Source of the DNA: a virus
DNA length: 64,000 nucleotides
Direction: 5' to 3' (one strand)
Virus record (IMG/VR): IMGVR_UViG_3300032050_000010
The position numbers were made by a program, and so were the translations under genes. Under the pieces are notes generated by a model that was not told where the DNA came from, did no database searches, and saw only the letters and a list, made by a program, of their open reading frames with translations. Numbering within the stretch: the first letter of the stretch is position 1; each line of letters begins with the position of its first letter. Shown in pieces: positions 41,170 to 51,147 of the stretch.

Positions 41170-41193
41170 TGTTCTAGCCGTTAGGCAAACAGG

Positions 41194-41224
41194 CGGCCAC
41201 CCTTCGGGGTGGCCGTTTTGTTTT
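41194..41224 (+). terminator. Rho-independent terminator after the major capsid gene
   Basis: cggccaccc-TTCG-gggtggccg (9-bp stem, cUUCGg loop) followed by ttttgtttt. Confidence 0.9.
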
Positions 41225-41366
41225 GGATGCAGCATCAATAAATCATCAGAGCAGCATCAGATAATGCAGATTGCATGATCAATAAAAATACAATGATCAA
41301 TACACTAAAATAGACAATTTAACAGAAACAGCAGAGAGTGATATTTAGAGCATAGGAGAAAGATTT

Positions 41367-41666
41367 ATGGGACGTCGTTGGTGGCAGAAAGAAGCCCGTC
41401 GGATGCAAAATGAGCAAGTAACAGCACCAGAAGCTGTGTCATCTGTCGAAGCAGTACCCGATATTACCGATATACACGTTGCTGCAGCCGCAGCAGCAGT
41501 TGAACTAACTGAGACGGTCACAACAATCTCTGACGATGATGTTGATCAAGTTGTATTGACAGCAGAGCAGGAAGCCATAGAAGACGCAAAGGACGCAGAA
41601 GTTCCTGCTCCTGTCAAGGTCACAACACAAAATAACTTTATCAACAACAAGAAAAAGCGCAGATGA
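41367..41666 (+). CDS. Hypothetical protein
   Basis: 99 aa; ATATTTA motif and SD AGGAG upstream. Confidence 0.55.
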   Translation: MGRRWWQKEARRMQNEQVTAPEAVSSVEAVPDITDIHVAAAAAAVELTETVTTISDDDVDQVVLTAEQEAIEDAKDAEVPAPVKVTTQNNFINNKKKRR

Positions 41667-41851
41667 CTGAAGATCTCATCAGGAAGTTTGTGAGAGCTAT
41701 CCTGCAAGAGAGGTTAGTTTCACTTCCTGGTGGAAAGTGGGCTGTGTATCCCAAGAAAGGTGGCAAAAGATTAGGAACACACGATACTAAGTCAGGTGCT
41801 CTGCGACAGCTTGCTGCTATTGAGATCTCAAAGAAGCGTCGAAAAGCTTGA
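41663..41851 (+). CDS. Small basic hypothetical protein
   Basis: 62 aa; ATGA overlap; GGKWAVYPKKGGKRLGTH..ALRQLAAIEISK. Confidence 0.6.
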   Translation: MTEDLIRKFVRAILQERLVSLPGGKWAVYPKKGGKRLGTHDTKSGALRQLAAIEISKKRRKA

Positions 41852-41861
41852 TGCAGGCACA

Positions 41862-41901
41862 ACACGTCTTGCTCGATACTTAGTATAGAGCAAGGGCGTG
41901 T
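41862..41901 (+). promoter_or_regulatory. Hairpin with ATACTTA in its loop, covering the neck-gene ribosome-binding region
   Basis: acacgtcttgctc (41862-74) pairs with gagcaagggcgtgt (41888-901), with one bulge and one G-U; ATG at 41905. Confidence 0.55.
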
Positions 41902-41904
41902 CTG

Positions 41905-43080
41905 ATGTCTACATTCGCAACAACAGCAAATCCGACACCTTTCGGAGTTTTTGACCTCGAATCTGACTTCATAACAGAAGCAGACAAGATGATTGTGTTC
42001 GTCAAGCGTCGTCTTGGCGATGACATCTTATCTGTTGAGCTAACCAAGAAGCAGATCTGGGCGAACTTTGAGGAAGCATGCTTTGAGTACGGTTCAATTC
42101 TTAATCAGTACCAAGCAAAAAGCCAGCTTGTCAACTGGCTTGGCTATGCTACAGGAACGCTGTCGGGATCAGAACAATTATACCCACGTGAAAGCCTTGA
42201 GTTTCTAACACGCTTTGCAGAACCCTACGCATCTGAAGCAGATGTCGGCGGAGCCTACAATCAAATCTCAGGATCTATACCACTTGAAGTAGGACGTCAG
42301 GATTACGACATCTATACAGAGCTTGTAGACAGCACTAACACACCAGTCATTAACTCAGCTCTAAACACCATGGGTGGTAAGATGAGGATTAGTGAAGTAT
42401 TTCACTTTTCACCACAGGCTGCATACCGCTTCTTCGACACGACCTCAGCTATTAACTACTTGAATAATGCTTTCTCATTTGAATCGTTCACGCCTGAGAC
42501 GATCTTCTACGTGCTCCCAGTGTTTGAAGACATTCTCAGAGCAGGTCAGCTTGATCTCTCAAATCGTGTTCGACGCTCAAATTACTCCTACAAGATCATT
42601 GGTACTAAGATAAGAATTTATCCTTTACCAACCCAGAATACTTTTCCAATGCCACGCCTGTTCATACGCGTAAAGTTCATGCAAGATCCACTAAATCCGG
42701 CTTTTAGTGATAGATCGATCTACGGCGTGTCAAACTTGTCAAATATCCCCTTTGGTAACTTGCAGTTCAATCGTATCAACTCAATTGGCAGGCAGTGGAT
42801 CCGACAATACACGCTCGCGTTATCGATGGAGACACTCGGGTACATCCGTAGCAAGATGGGCACACTTCCAGTACCAGGCGGCAACGTCACCTTGAACGGC
42901 TCTGACCTCGTCTCAAAGGGTCGAGAAGATAGGAAAGAGTTCATCACAAAGTTGAAAGAGATGCTCGACACTATGACCTACGACAAACTGATCGAGCAGC
43001 AAGCGACCAGGTCAGAAAACTTGAGCAAGCAGTTGAAGTTTATACCACCGCCTAACGGCAAAGCAATCTTCACGGGGTGA
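41905..43080 (+). CDS. Neck protein (gp13-like head-tail adaptor)
   Basis: FVKRRLG...VELT; WIRQYTLALSMETLGYIRSK..PVPGGNVTLNG; position after the MCP. Confidence 0.75.
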   Translation: MSTFATTANPTPFGVFDLESDFITEADKMIVFVKRRLGDDILSVELTKKQIWANFEEACFEYGSILNQYQAKSQLVNWLGYATGTLSGSEQLYPRESLEFLTRFAEPYASEADVGGAYNQISGSIPLEVGRQDYDIYTELVDSTNTPVINSALNTMGGKMRISEVFHFSPQAAYRFFDTTSAINYLNNAFSFESFTPETIFYVLPVFEDILRAGQLDLSNRVRRSNYSYKIIGTKIRIYPLPTQNTFPMPRLFIRVKFMQDPLNPAFSDRSIYGVSNLSNIPFGNLQFNRINSIGRQWIRQYTLALSMETLGYIRSKMGTLPVPGGNVTLNGSDLVSKGREDRKEFITKLKEMLDTMTYDKLIEQQATRSENLSKQLKFIPPPNGKAIFTG

Positions 43081-43083
43081 TGA

Positions 43084-43749
43084 ATGGCACGCCTCTTTGT
43101 AACAGAGCGAGAGCTTAACTTTATCAACGACATCATGAAAGAAGTTGTCAAAGATGTCATAGGCCAGAAGATCTACTACTATTCAATCTCAGAGATCAAG
43201 TCAAGAGTGCACGACGTCTACGAAGAGGCACCCAACAAGATCTTTGAGAACCCAATAGAGATCGATGCACTTGTCAAGTACTCAGGTCAAGAGGTAAAGA
43301 CGAATCGATTTGGGTCGGAAGAATACTACAACATCGAGTGCTACATCCAAGAAAGAGATCTGATTGACAAGCAGATAGATGTTAGAGAGGGTGACTTTTT
43401 CTCATATGGCGAGACATTCTTTGAAATAATCAAGGCACCTAGATCTGACGTCATTTTTGGTCAAATCGAGCACAAAAGTTACGTGACAGTGTCGGGTAAG
43501 CAGGCACGTAAAGGACAATTTATCACCAAAGTTTTTGGCCCAACATCAGAAGCATACTCAGATCCAGATGCCGTACAGACAACCTTTGTTCAGCAACGTG
43601 GATTTGAAGAGAACAGGCTTGGAAAGACAGGCGATGTTCGAGATCTACAGAGGACAGGTGTGTTGGACGCTCCGCTTACCGGACCTGCTGAGGTGTCACC
43701 ATCCGGCGATCCAGAGAACGTAGGCTCAGCATTCTACGACGAGACATAA
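43084..43749 (+). CDS. Neck/head-closure protein (gp14-like)
   Basis: 221 aa; GQKIYYY..DVYEE..PIEIDALV..REGDF; synteny. Confidence 0.6.
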   Translation: MARLFVTERELNFINDIMKEVVKDVIGQKIYYYSISEIKSRVHDVYEEAPNKIFENPIEIDALVKYSGQEVKTNRFGSEEYYNIECYIQERDLIDKQIDVREGDFFSYGETFFEIIKAPRSDVIFGQIEHKSYVTVSGKQARKGQFITKVFGPTSEAYSDPDAVQTTFVQQRGFEENRLGKTGDVRDLQRTGVLDAPLTGPAEVSPSGDPENVGSAFYDET

Positions 43750-43750
43750 G

Positions 43751-44947
43751 ATGGCAGATAAAATAAAGACAGGATATGAAGGCACCAACGTCCCGGACGA
43801 TTTTTCTATTCCTCCCGTTGGAATAGAAGATATCGATCGTGCAATTTTTACCCTGTTTGACAAGAAGCTGGCATTCGAGACAAAAGTTAATAATCAGACA
43901 ACACGTGTTCCTGTCATCTTTGCGTCAGGTGAACGTTTTGCTCTGACACGCCGTGACAATCCGCTGCGTGACAAGAACAACACACTGATCTTACCACTGA
44001 TCTCAATAAAGCGCGGTGCTATTGGACACAAGACGCAGGCTGACGTCTTTGGCACAGCAATTAGCATTAGGCAGACAGGCGACTACTACATAAAGAAGAA
44101 GTTAGATGCAGGCGATCGTGACTACCAGAAACTGGTCAACAATCTCAATTTGATGAACCAGAAGGATGTTGCGACAAGGAGCCACATCTCTGACACGTCA
44201 ACAACACCGGGCACACAAGCTGTTGAAGGCACAGTTGCGTCGCGTCGCCAAGGCCCACCTCTGTCATTTAGAAGCACGTCAAAATATACTCCACTTTCTA
44301 ATGATCTCACTAACAACATCTATGAGTTTATTACTGTACCTTATCCAAAGTTTGTAGGCATCACATACAACGTCATTTTTTGGACGCAGTACATGCAACA
44401 GATGAACCAGCTGATCGAGTCTCTGATGATGAAGTTTAGTGGCCCATCACCCGAGTTTCTACTTGAGACAGACAAGGGTTACACGTTCACAGCATTTGTG
44501 CAAAACACATTCTCCAACTCAGACAACTTGGAAGAGTTCACAAATGATGAGCGTATCATAAAAGTAGGGTTTGACATCAAGGTTCCAGGCTATATCATCG
44601 CCCCTGATCACCCAGGACTGCCCTCACCATTCAGAAGATTTGTCAGTGCACCCCAGATCAACTTTGAGATATGGGAGCAGAATGCTCAACTTGTCAACGA
44701 AGTGCAAGGTAATAAGACAAAAGACAACATCGATAAGTTCACTCTCACAGATGTAGAAGTTCTCAATAAGAATGGTCAGCAAGTTGAGAACAGAGGGGCT
44801 GAGCCGCTTCGTGTCATCGAGAACGTCACTAATCCCTTCTCAGGTCAGCAGCAGCCTAAATACTTAAAGGTGACGTCAAGAGTTGCAAAAGCAGGTGAAA
44901 CAATACTTACGGCGCAGAAGATCCGTAAGATAGATACTCTCGACTGA
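43751..44947 (+). CDS. Tail terminator / sheath stabiliser (gp15-like)
   Basis: VPVIFASGER...LPLISIKR; PYPKFVGITYNVIFWT; lies just before the sheath genes. Confidence 0.6.
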   Translation: MADKIKTGYEGTNVPDDFSIPPVGIEDIDRAIFTLFDKKLAFETKVNNQTTRVPVIFASGERFALTRRDNPLRDKNNTLILPLISIKRGAIGHKTQADVFGTAISIRQTGDYYIKKKLDAGDRDYQKLVNNLNLMNQKDVATRSHISDTSTTPGTQAVEGTVASRRQGPPLSFRSTSKYTPLSNDLTNNIYEFITVPYPKFVGITYNVIFWTQYMQQMNQLIESLMMKFSGPSPEFLLETDKGYTFTAFVQNTFSNSDNLEEFTNDERIIKVGFDIKVPGYIIAPDHPGLPSPFRRFVSAPQINFEIWEQNAQLVNEVQGNKTKDNIDKFTLTDVEVLNKNGQQVENRGAEPLRVIENVTNPFSGQQQPKYLKVTSRVAKAGETILTAQKIRKIDTLD

Positions 44948-44997
44948 GCATTTAGAAGTTTGACAGGATAGTTATATTCGGCTTTGAAGTCGGAGTA

Positions 44998-47900
44998 ATG
45001 ATGGCAGAGACAACTTTTAGGTCGCCTGGGTTCTTTGAGCAAGAGATTGATTTATCATCTCCCGCAACACCAGGCGTATCGGGCGTTCCAGTCGGTGTGA
45101 TTGGAACAGCAGAAATCGGCCCTGCGTTCGTCCCAGTGACGGTGGGCAATGCAGCACAGCTTCAGCAAGTTTTTGGCGCTCCCCGCGCATCTGACGTAGG
45201 CCTACAGGGGGCCAGTCAGTACCTACAGAACGGCACAGCGCTTACATTCGTCAGAGTGCTTGGATGCGGCGCGAACTCAACAACATCAGATTTTTCAACA
45301 ACTACAGTACAGGGAACGGTTAAGAACGCGGGCTTCTTCATCAAGGGAACGACACCCGCTGTTGGCACAGATGCACGCCACAAAGGTGCGGTTCAATATA
45401 TCACGGCAAAACACTGGGTGTCAGCATCAGCAGATGTGGGTTACCCAATCTTTACAGACAACAACAGCTTCAGCGTCGCATCTGGCGACAACTTTGTCAA
45501 CTTAGTTCGCGGTATGGTGCTCCTTGCATCGGGCACGCGCCTGCAGGTTCTTGACTACAATCAAAACTATTCTGTTGCAAACGCAGTTGATGATAACGCG
45601 ACAATTGACGGCACACTAAGCAGCAATCTCTATAGAAAGTTCAAGCTTGTCATCTCTAGCTCCTCACCTTCATTCTCTACGGGTGATGGTCAGACGGGCA
45701 TCAGGATCTTGACAGCATCGCTTGATCCTGCTGATACAGCCTACATTGGCAACATACTCAACACTGATCCTGCGCGTTTTGAGACAGAAGAGCATCTGCT
45801 TTACGCCGACTTCCCCGTCGAGGCTGAGGTTGCAATCACATCGACTGACAGTGGTGCGGTCGCAGTCCTGTCGGGATCTGCAAACACGTCAGCTGCGTCA
45901 GGTGACACCTCACAAACCTTTAGAGATGCTTTTGGCAGATTTGATACCCGGTATTCATCTGCGAAGACGACATACTTCATCTCACAGCCTTATGGCTCAA
46001 GTGAATATGATCTCTTCTACTTTGAAACTCTGAATGATGGTGCAAACACATCACAGAAGTACAAGGTATCAATCAGCACACTCGCTAAGTCAAGTGATCC
46101 TGCAAATCCATACGGAACATTTACAGTTCAGGTTCGTGATTTCTACGACACTGATAAAAATCCTGTCATCCTTGAGCAGTATCCTAACTGCACACTCGAT
46201 CCTAACGACGATGACTATGTTGCGAAGCGCATCGGTGATCAAAAGTCATTCTTTAGTTTTGATGCACTCTCAGCTGAAGAGCGCAAGTCTTACACATCGG
46301 GAACAAGAACAAATGTGTCAAGTCGTGTAAGAGTTGTCATGCACCCAGACGTCGAAGCAAAGCGTGTACCATCTGATGCTCTGCCATTCGGCTTTAGAGG
46401 CTTGCCAGTTGCCAAGACAACAGACACACTCACTGATGGAACGTCTGGTTTAAGCGGCTTTGGAATAAACACAGCCCGCCGTCTTGCTGGCGTCTTCGGT
46501 ACAGCAGGCCTTGAGGCACACACAGGATCAATTCTTCCACCCGTTCCTCTGCGTTTCAAGGTGACAACAAATGCAGTTGATGCTGCAGGTGGTTATGTTG
46601 GTAAACCAGGTGCGCTGGAGATCACAGACGCGTCATACTACTGGGGCATCAAGTCAGAGGCACTTCCCCTGACATCTAGCGTCTCTAACGCAATCTTGCG
46701 TTCTAATGACAGCTCGCTGTTCAATCCTTTGCTCACTTCCTACAGTAAGTTGCTCGGAATTCAGAAGCTTGATGTCCTGGTCACAGGATCATCAGCGGAC
46801 GCATTCTCGAATAACAAGTTTACATTGGCTCGAGTCGCACTCAATAATTCGCTTGGCGGCCGCACACTCGTAAATGCTCTTGCAGATATCACAGGAACAG
46901 CAGAGCAACACATGCTGGAGACAGCTTACATACGCAACGGTGTTGTTAATCCAACAAACTACACGGTTCAACCTGCAACTGAGGGTAACAGGTTGACATT
47001 TGCGTCTCTCTACGCAGTGACTTCATCCATCTACTTCAACAAGTTCACAAACTACGCAAAGTTCACCAACATCTTCACAGGTGGGTTTGACGGCCTCAAT
47101 ATCCTCGATCCAGACATGAGCAAGATGAACGATCGCTCAACGTCGTCAGAGACAGGCGGTAAGGCAGTCTCCGTGGTCGATATCGGCCTTAACTCTGCAT
47201 ACACGCCCGGCGCCGGTGTCAACAACGGCATTGTGACAGCTTACAGAACAGCTGCAGAGATCCTCACCAACCGGTACGCGTCTAATGTCAGCGTAATTGC
47301 TGCACCTGGTATACGTGATGCTGCAGTTACCAACTATGTCTCTACACTTGTGCAGAACTACGGATTTGCTCTCTACTTGATGGATATCCCAGGTTATGAT
47401 TACAATGGCGTTAGATTGTTTGACGGTGGATCTGAGCACCCCGATGTCCAGCAGACAGGAAACAAGTTTACATCACGCAAGCTGAATAACAACTTCGTTG
47501 CGGTTTACTTCCCAGACATCACGATGCAAGATCAAGGTGGCTCATCCCGGAAGATTAAGGTGCCCGCATCAGTCGCAGCACTGGCAGCTATAGGTTATAA
47601 CGATGCTGTGTCACATCCCTGGTACGCACCTGCAGGTTTCAACCGCGGCGCGCTCAACTTCGTCACATCAACGGCAGTGCGTCTCAACTCTGCAGATCGT
47701 GACTTCCTGTACGACAACAGGATCAACCCAATCACGTCATTCCCAGGAACGGGTTATGTCATCTTCGGACAGAAGACACTGCAAGTTGGAAAATCTGCGC
47801 TTGATCGTGTCAATGTGCGTCGTCTCGTGAATGAAGTGAAGCGCGTCGTCAGCAATATTGCTAGCACATTCTTGTTTGAGCAGAACAACTCAGCAACGCG

Positions 47901-48117
47901 GGCAGCTTTTGTGTCACAGGTCAATCCTGCACTGGCACTTGTCCAGGCACAGCAGGGCATCGAAGGCTTCCGTGTTATCGTTGATGACACCAACAACACA
48001 CAGACAGATGTGATCGCAAATCGTCTAAATGGACGGGTCATCATCATACCCACCCGCGCCGTCGAGTTCATCTCGATCGACTTCATTGTGACAGATAACG
48101 GCGCGAGCTTCGTGTAA
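44998..48117 (+). CDS. Tail sheath protein 1 (gp18-like)
   Basis: SPGFFEQEID, GPAFVP, PWYAPAGFNRG, LYDNRINPI, FGQKTLQ, ALDRVNVRRL, PTRAVEFI. Confidence 0.93.
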   Translation: MMAETTFRSPGFFEQEIDLSSPATPGVSGVPVGVIGTAEIGPAFVPVTVGNAAQLQQVFGAPRASDVGLQGASQYLQNGTALTFVRVLGCGANSTTSDFSTTTVQGTVKNAGFFIKGTTPAVGTDARHKGAVQYITAKHWVSASADVGYPIFTDNNSFSVASGDNFVNLVRGMVLLASGTRLQVLDYNQNYSVANAVDDNATIDGTLSSNLYRKFKLVISSSSPSFSTGDGQTGIRILTASLDPADTAYIGNILNTDPARFETEEHLLYADFPVEAEVAITSTDSGAVAVLSGSANTSAASGDTSQTFRDAFGRFDTRYSSAKTTYFISQPYGSSEYDLFYFETLNDGANTSQKYKVSISTLAKSSDPANPYGTFTVQVRDFYDTDKNPVILEQYPNCTLDPNDDDYVAKRIGDQKSFFSFDALSAEERKSYTSGTRTNVSSRVRVVMHPDVEAKRVPSDALPFGFRGLPVAKTTDTLTDGTSGLSGFGINTARRLAGVFGTAGLEAHTGSILPPVPLRFKVTTNAVDAAGGYVGKPGALEITDASYYWGIKSEALPLTSSVSNAILRSNDSSLFNPLLTSYSKLLGIQKLDVLVTGSSADAFSNNKFTLARVALNNSLGGRTLVNALADITGTAEQHMLETAYIRNGVVNPTNYTVQPATEGNRLTFASLYAVTSSIYFNKFTNYAKFTNIFTGGFDGLNILDPDMSKMNDRSTSSETGGKAVSVVDIGLNSAYTPGAGVNNGIVTAYRTAAEILTNRYASNVSVIAAPGIRDAAVTNYVSTLVQNYGFALYLMDIPGYDYNGVRLFDGGSEHPDVQQTGNKFTSRKLNNNFVAVYFPDITMQDQGGSSRKIKVPASVAALAAIGYNDAVSHPWYAPAGFNRGALNFVTSTAVRLNSADRDFLYDNRINPITSFPGTGYVIFGQKTLQVGKSALDRVNVRRLVNEVKRVVSNIASTFLFEQNNSATRAAFVSQVNPALALVQAQQGIEGFRVIVDDTNNTQTDVIANRLNGRVIIIPTRAVEFISIDFIVTDNGASFV

Positions 48118-48149
48118 TTGATAGTTAGGAATAAGAGAGGTTTAACGAA

Positions 48150-51119
48150 ATGATCCCAGGCGTATACTCCGGCGAAGTTGACCTAACGGGCGTGACTTCA
48201 ACACCCCCGTCAGGCCCATCTGCAGGTATCATCGGTACGGCACAGTCAGGTCCAGCGTTCGTTCCTGTTGCTGTAGGATCCGTATCTGACTTCAACCGTG
48301 TCTTTGGCGACGCAACAAGCACAAATTTTGGTGCTCTCGCAGGGCAGCAGTACTTTGCCAATGCCGCCTCTCCCGCTTCGGTCACATTCCTGCGCACTTT
48401 GGGAGCCGGTGATGGCCTCAAGAGAAGCACATCAACAGGTCAAGTGACGAATGCAGGTTTTGTTGTAGGTAGCAAGCAGGTTCAAAGCAACGGCGCAGTT
48501 AGCAGAAATATCTCTGCTGTCGATGGTGGCGTCCCAGGCCGGACGTACTTCCTTGGATGTTACATGTCAGAGAGCGCTGGCAGCACAGTCTTCTCTGAGG
48601 CGGGTATCCAGACAAGTCCTAAAGCGCATCCTATACTTCGTGCCGTTGTTCTCGCACCATCAGGTGTAACACTCACATTATCAGGTAATTTTAATACTTC
48701 TAATACACCTGCAGCAACAGCAGCAACAGAAGGCGGCCCAAATGGTGCGCTGACGGGGTCAGTCAGCATCGGCGACTCAACGTTCGTAATGCTGCTAAAT
48801 GGCTACACAGGAACGGTCAATACTATCACGGCCTCGTTTGATCCTGCAAATTCTAATCACTTTGCCGTCAACGCCAGCATCAACCGTAATCCTACAAAGA
48901 TCGAGGAGAAGGGTCACTACCTCTACGCTTACTATGATGTTCCTGCGTCACTTGCAGTTGTGACGGGATCAGGTATCCTTGACGCAGCATCGGCACGTAT
49001 CTTTACAGGACTTGAGGACGCGGCATTCATTACGACAGGCAGCCTCACAAGAGACACAAGCTCAGCAACAACACCCAACTACGAGAACTTTAGCGAGCGG
49101 TTTACACACCCCAAGACACCCTTCGTTGTCTCGCAAGATTTTGGTGGAACAAAGTACGACCTCTTCAGGATACACACACTTGGTGACGGTGCTTACAATA
49201 ACACGCGCTTTGTGTTCAACATCCAGAACATCGTGCCAGGTGTAGACAACGACACATACGGAACGTTTGATCTCGTGCTCTACAGCTATCCTGTAGGTCA
49301 GGTGTTCAACCTCACGCCAGTCGCAGGCGTCGACTTCTCTGGATTGACGCTTGATCCCGACTCACCCAACTACATTGCACTTCGCATCGGTGACCAGAAC
49401 ACGTACTTCGACTTCGACAAGGGCATCACGTCCCAGAAGATCGTCACAGATGGTGACTATCCAGTCATCAATCCCTACATTCGTGTTGAGATGTCTGACC
49501 AGCTCCTCGCAGGTGAAGTTCCAGTCGCTGCGCTCCCCATTGGTCACAGAGGCTACGGACACTTAGTCACATCAGGTAGCGCACTGCTCACAAATCTCTC
49601 TGACACCGCCCGCTTTGCATCAGGTCAGACAGACGTCCTCAAGCGCGTCATTGAGCCACCCATCCCATACCGTAGAAACATCTCAAACGGCGGCGTGGTG
49701 GATACATCACTGGCATGGGGCATCCAGTTCACAGACGTGCCAAGCGTCTCTGACTTTAACTCAACAACAGCTAAGCTGTCCTACATTGACAGTCACACGA
49801 AGTTCTTCCCATCATTTGCTCCCGCAAACATGAACGTCTTCGTTGACAACAATCCCGGCGCAGCAACGACAAATGGTAACGTCCTCGATGTCGACGTCTT
49901 CAACAGCAACTTCTTCTCGCTTGAGAGGATAAAAGTTGTGACAGGTTCAGCGGCGATCAACAATCGTGCTGATAGCTCACAGTGGGCGAATGCAACATAC
50001 GTCAGAAACGGCAACATCTCTCCTGACGCTGCAGCAAAGACACGTGCTTTCCAGGTAGACGACCTCCGCGAGACGGGCAACAGGCAGTTTGCATCGTTCC
50101 TGTTCATCGCCCAGGGTGGCTTCGACGGCACCAACATCTTCAATGCTGACAAGGCAGCGCTCACAAACGACGCCGTCAAGAGAGAGATCGACGACACAGC
50201 AGGTCAAGGTGGAACAGCAGGGCCCACTGTGGCTGCTTACCGCAAGGCAGTCGACATCATGGGCAGCAAGGATGACGCTGACATCACACTCCTGACAATC
50301 CCAGGCATCAGAAACAGTGTCATCACTGACTACGCGATCAGCGCAGTCGAGAACCGCTTTGACACACTCTACTTGATGGACATCGAGGAGCGTGACAGCT
50401 ACAACGTCGTCCTGACAGGCTCTTATGACGGCGCCACAGTGAGCATCACAAATACGATCAACGCCTTCAGCAATCGTGGGCTCAACACATCGTTTGCAGC
50501 AGCATACTTCCCTGACATCAACATTCCTTTCCAGGGATCGACCACACGCGTCCCACCCAGCGTCGGCGTCTTGGGTGCATTTGCTTACAACGACCGCGTA
50601 TCATATCCCTGGTTCGCCCCTGCTGGAGCAAATCGCGGTGTCATCACGACAGTCGGTTCAGCTGCAACGCAGATCAAGCAGGGCACACTCGCTGACTCGA
50701 TCTACGACGCACACATCAATCCCATCCTCGACATCACATCTAACTCCGATCGCAAGCTGGTGATCTACGGTCAAAGGACGCTGCTTGCAAAGGCATCTGC
50801 TCTCGATCGAGTCAACGTCCGTCGTCTTCTGATCACTCTCCGCCGTCAAGTTCGCGCTGTGTCCAATCAGATCATCTTCGAGCCCAACACAGCAGCAACG
50901 CTGGAGCGCTTCAACAGCCTCGTCAATCCCATCCTCGCATCGATCCGCGCGAAGGGTGGCCTCGACCGCTACAAGGTTGTGATCGACTCGACAACCACGA
51001 CTCAGGCCGACATCAACAACAACACGATCCGTGGCAAAATCTTCATCCAACCTACCCGCAGCATCGAGTTCATCGCACTTAGCTTTGAACTTACCAATGC
51101 AGGCGTTACACTCACTTGA
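48150..51119 (+). CDS. Tail sheath protein 2 (paralog)
   Basis: PGVYSGEVD, GPAFVP, PWFAPAGANRG, YGQRTL, ALDRVNVRRL, PTRSIEFI. Confidence 0.93.
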   Translation: MIPGVYSGEVDLTGVTSTPPSGPSAGIIGTAQSGPAFVPVAVGSVSDFNRVFGDATSTNFGALAGQQYFANAASPASVTFLRTLGAGDGLKRSTSTGQVTNAGFVVGSKQVQSNGAVSRNISAVDGGVPGRTYFLGCYMSESAGSTVFSEAGIQTSPKAHPILRAVVLAPSGVTLTLSGNFNTSNTPAATAATEGGPNGALTGSVSIGDSTFVMLLNGYTGTVNTITASFDPANSNHFAVNASINRNPTKIEEKGHYLYAYYDVPASLAVVTGSGILDAASARIFTGLEDAAFITTGSLTRDTSSATTPNYENFSERFTHPKTPFVVSQDFGGTKYDLFRIHTLGDGAYNNTRFVFNIQNIVPGVDNDTYGTFDLVLYSYPVGQVFNLTPVAGVDFSGLTLDPDSPNYIALRIGDQNTYFDFDKGITSQKIVTDGDYPVINPYIRVEMSDQLLAGEVPVAALPIGHRGYGHLVTSGSALLTNLSDTARFASGQTDVLKRVIEPPIPYRRNISNGGVVDTSLAWGIQFTDVPSVSDFNSTTAKLSYIDSHTKFFPSFAPANMNVFVDNNPGAATTNGNVLDVDVFNSNFFSLERIKVVTGSAAINNRADSSQWANATYVRNGNISPDAAAKTRAFQVDDLRETGNRQFASFLFIAQGGFDGTNIFNADKAALTNDAVKREIDDTAGQGGTAGPTVAAYRKAVDIMGSKDDADITLLTIPGIRNSVITDYAISAVENRFDTLYLMDIEERDSYNVVLTGSYDGATVSITNTINAFSNRGLNTSFAAAYFPDINIPFQGSTTRVPPSVGVLGAFAYNDRVSYPWFAPAGANRGVITTVGSAATQIKQGTLADSIYDAHINPILDITSNSDRKLVIYGQRTLLAKASALDRVNVRRLLITLRRQVRAVSNQIIFEPNTAATLERFNSLVNPILASIRAKGGLDRYKVVIDSTTTTQADINNNTIRGKIFIQPTRSIEFIALSFELTNAGVTLT

Positions 51120-51147
51120 TAGATAGTTAAAGATAGGAGAATTTAAT

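Noticed and set aside
44977-44994. Weak hairpin over the sheath-1 SD
   Set aside because: Only about 7 bp with two G-U pairs, and downstream of the promoter motif; not convincing.
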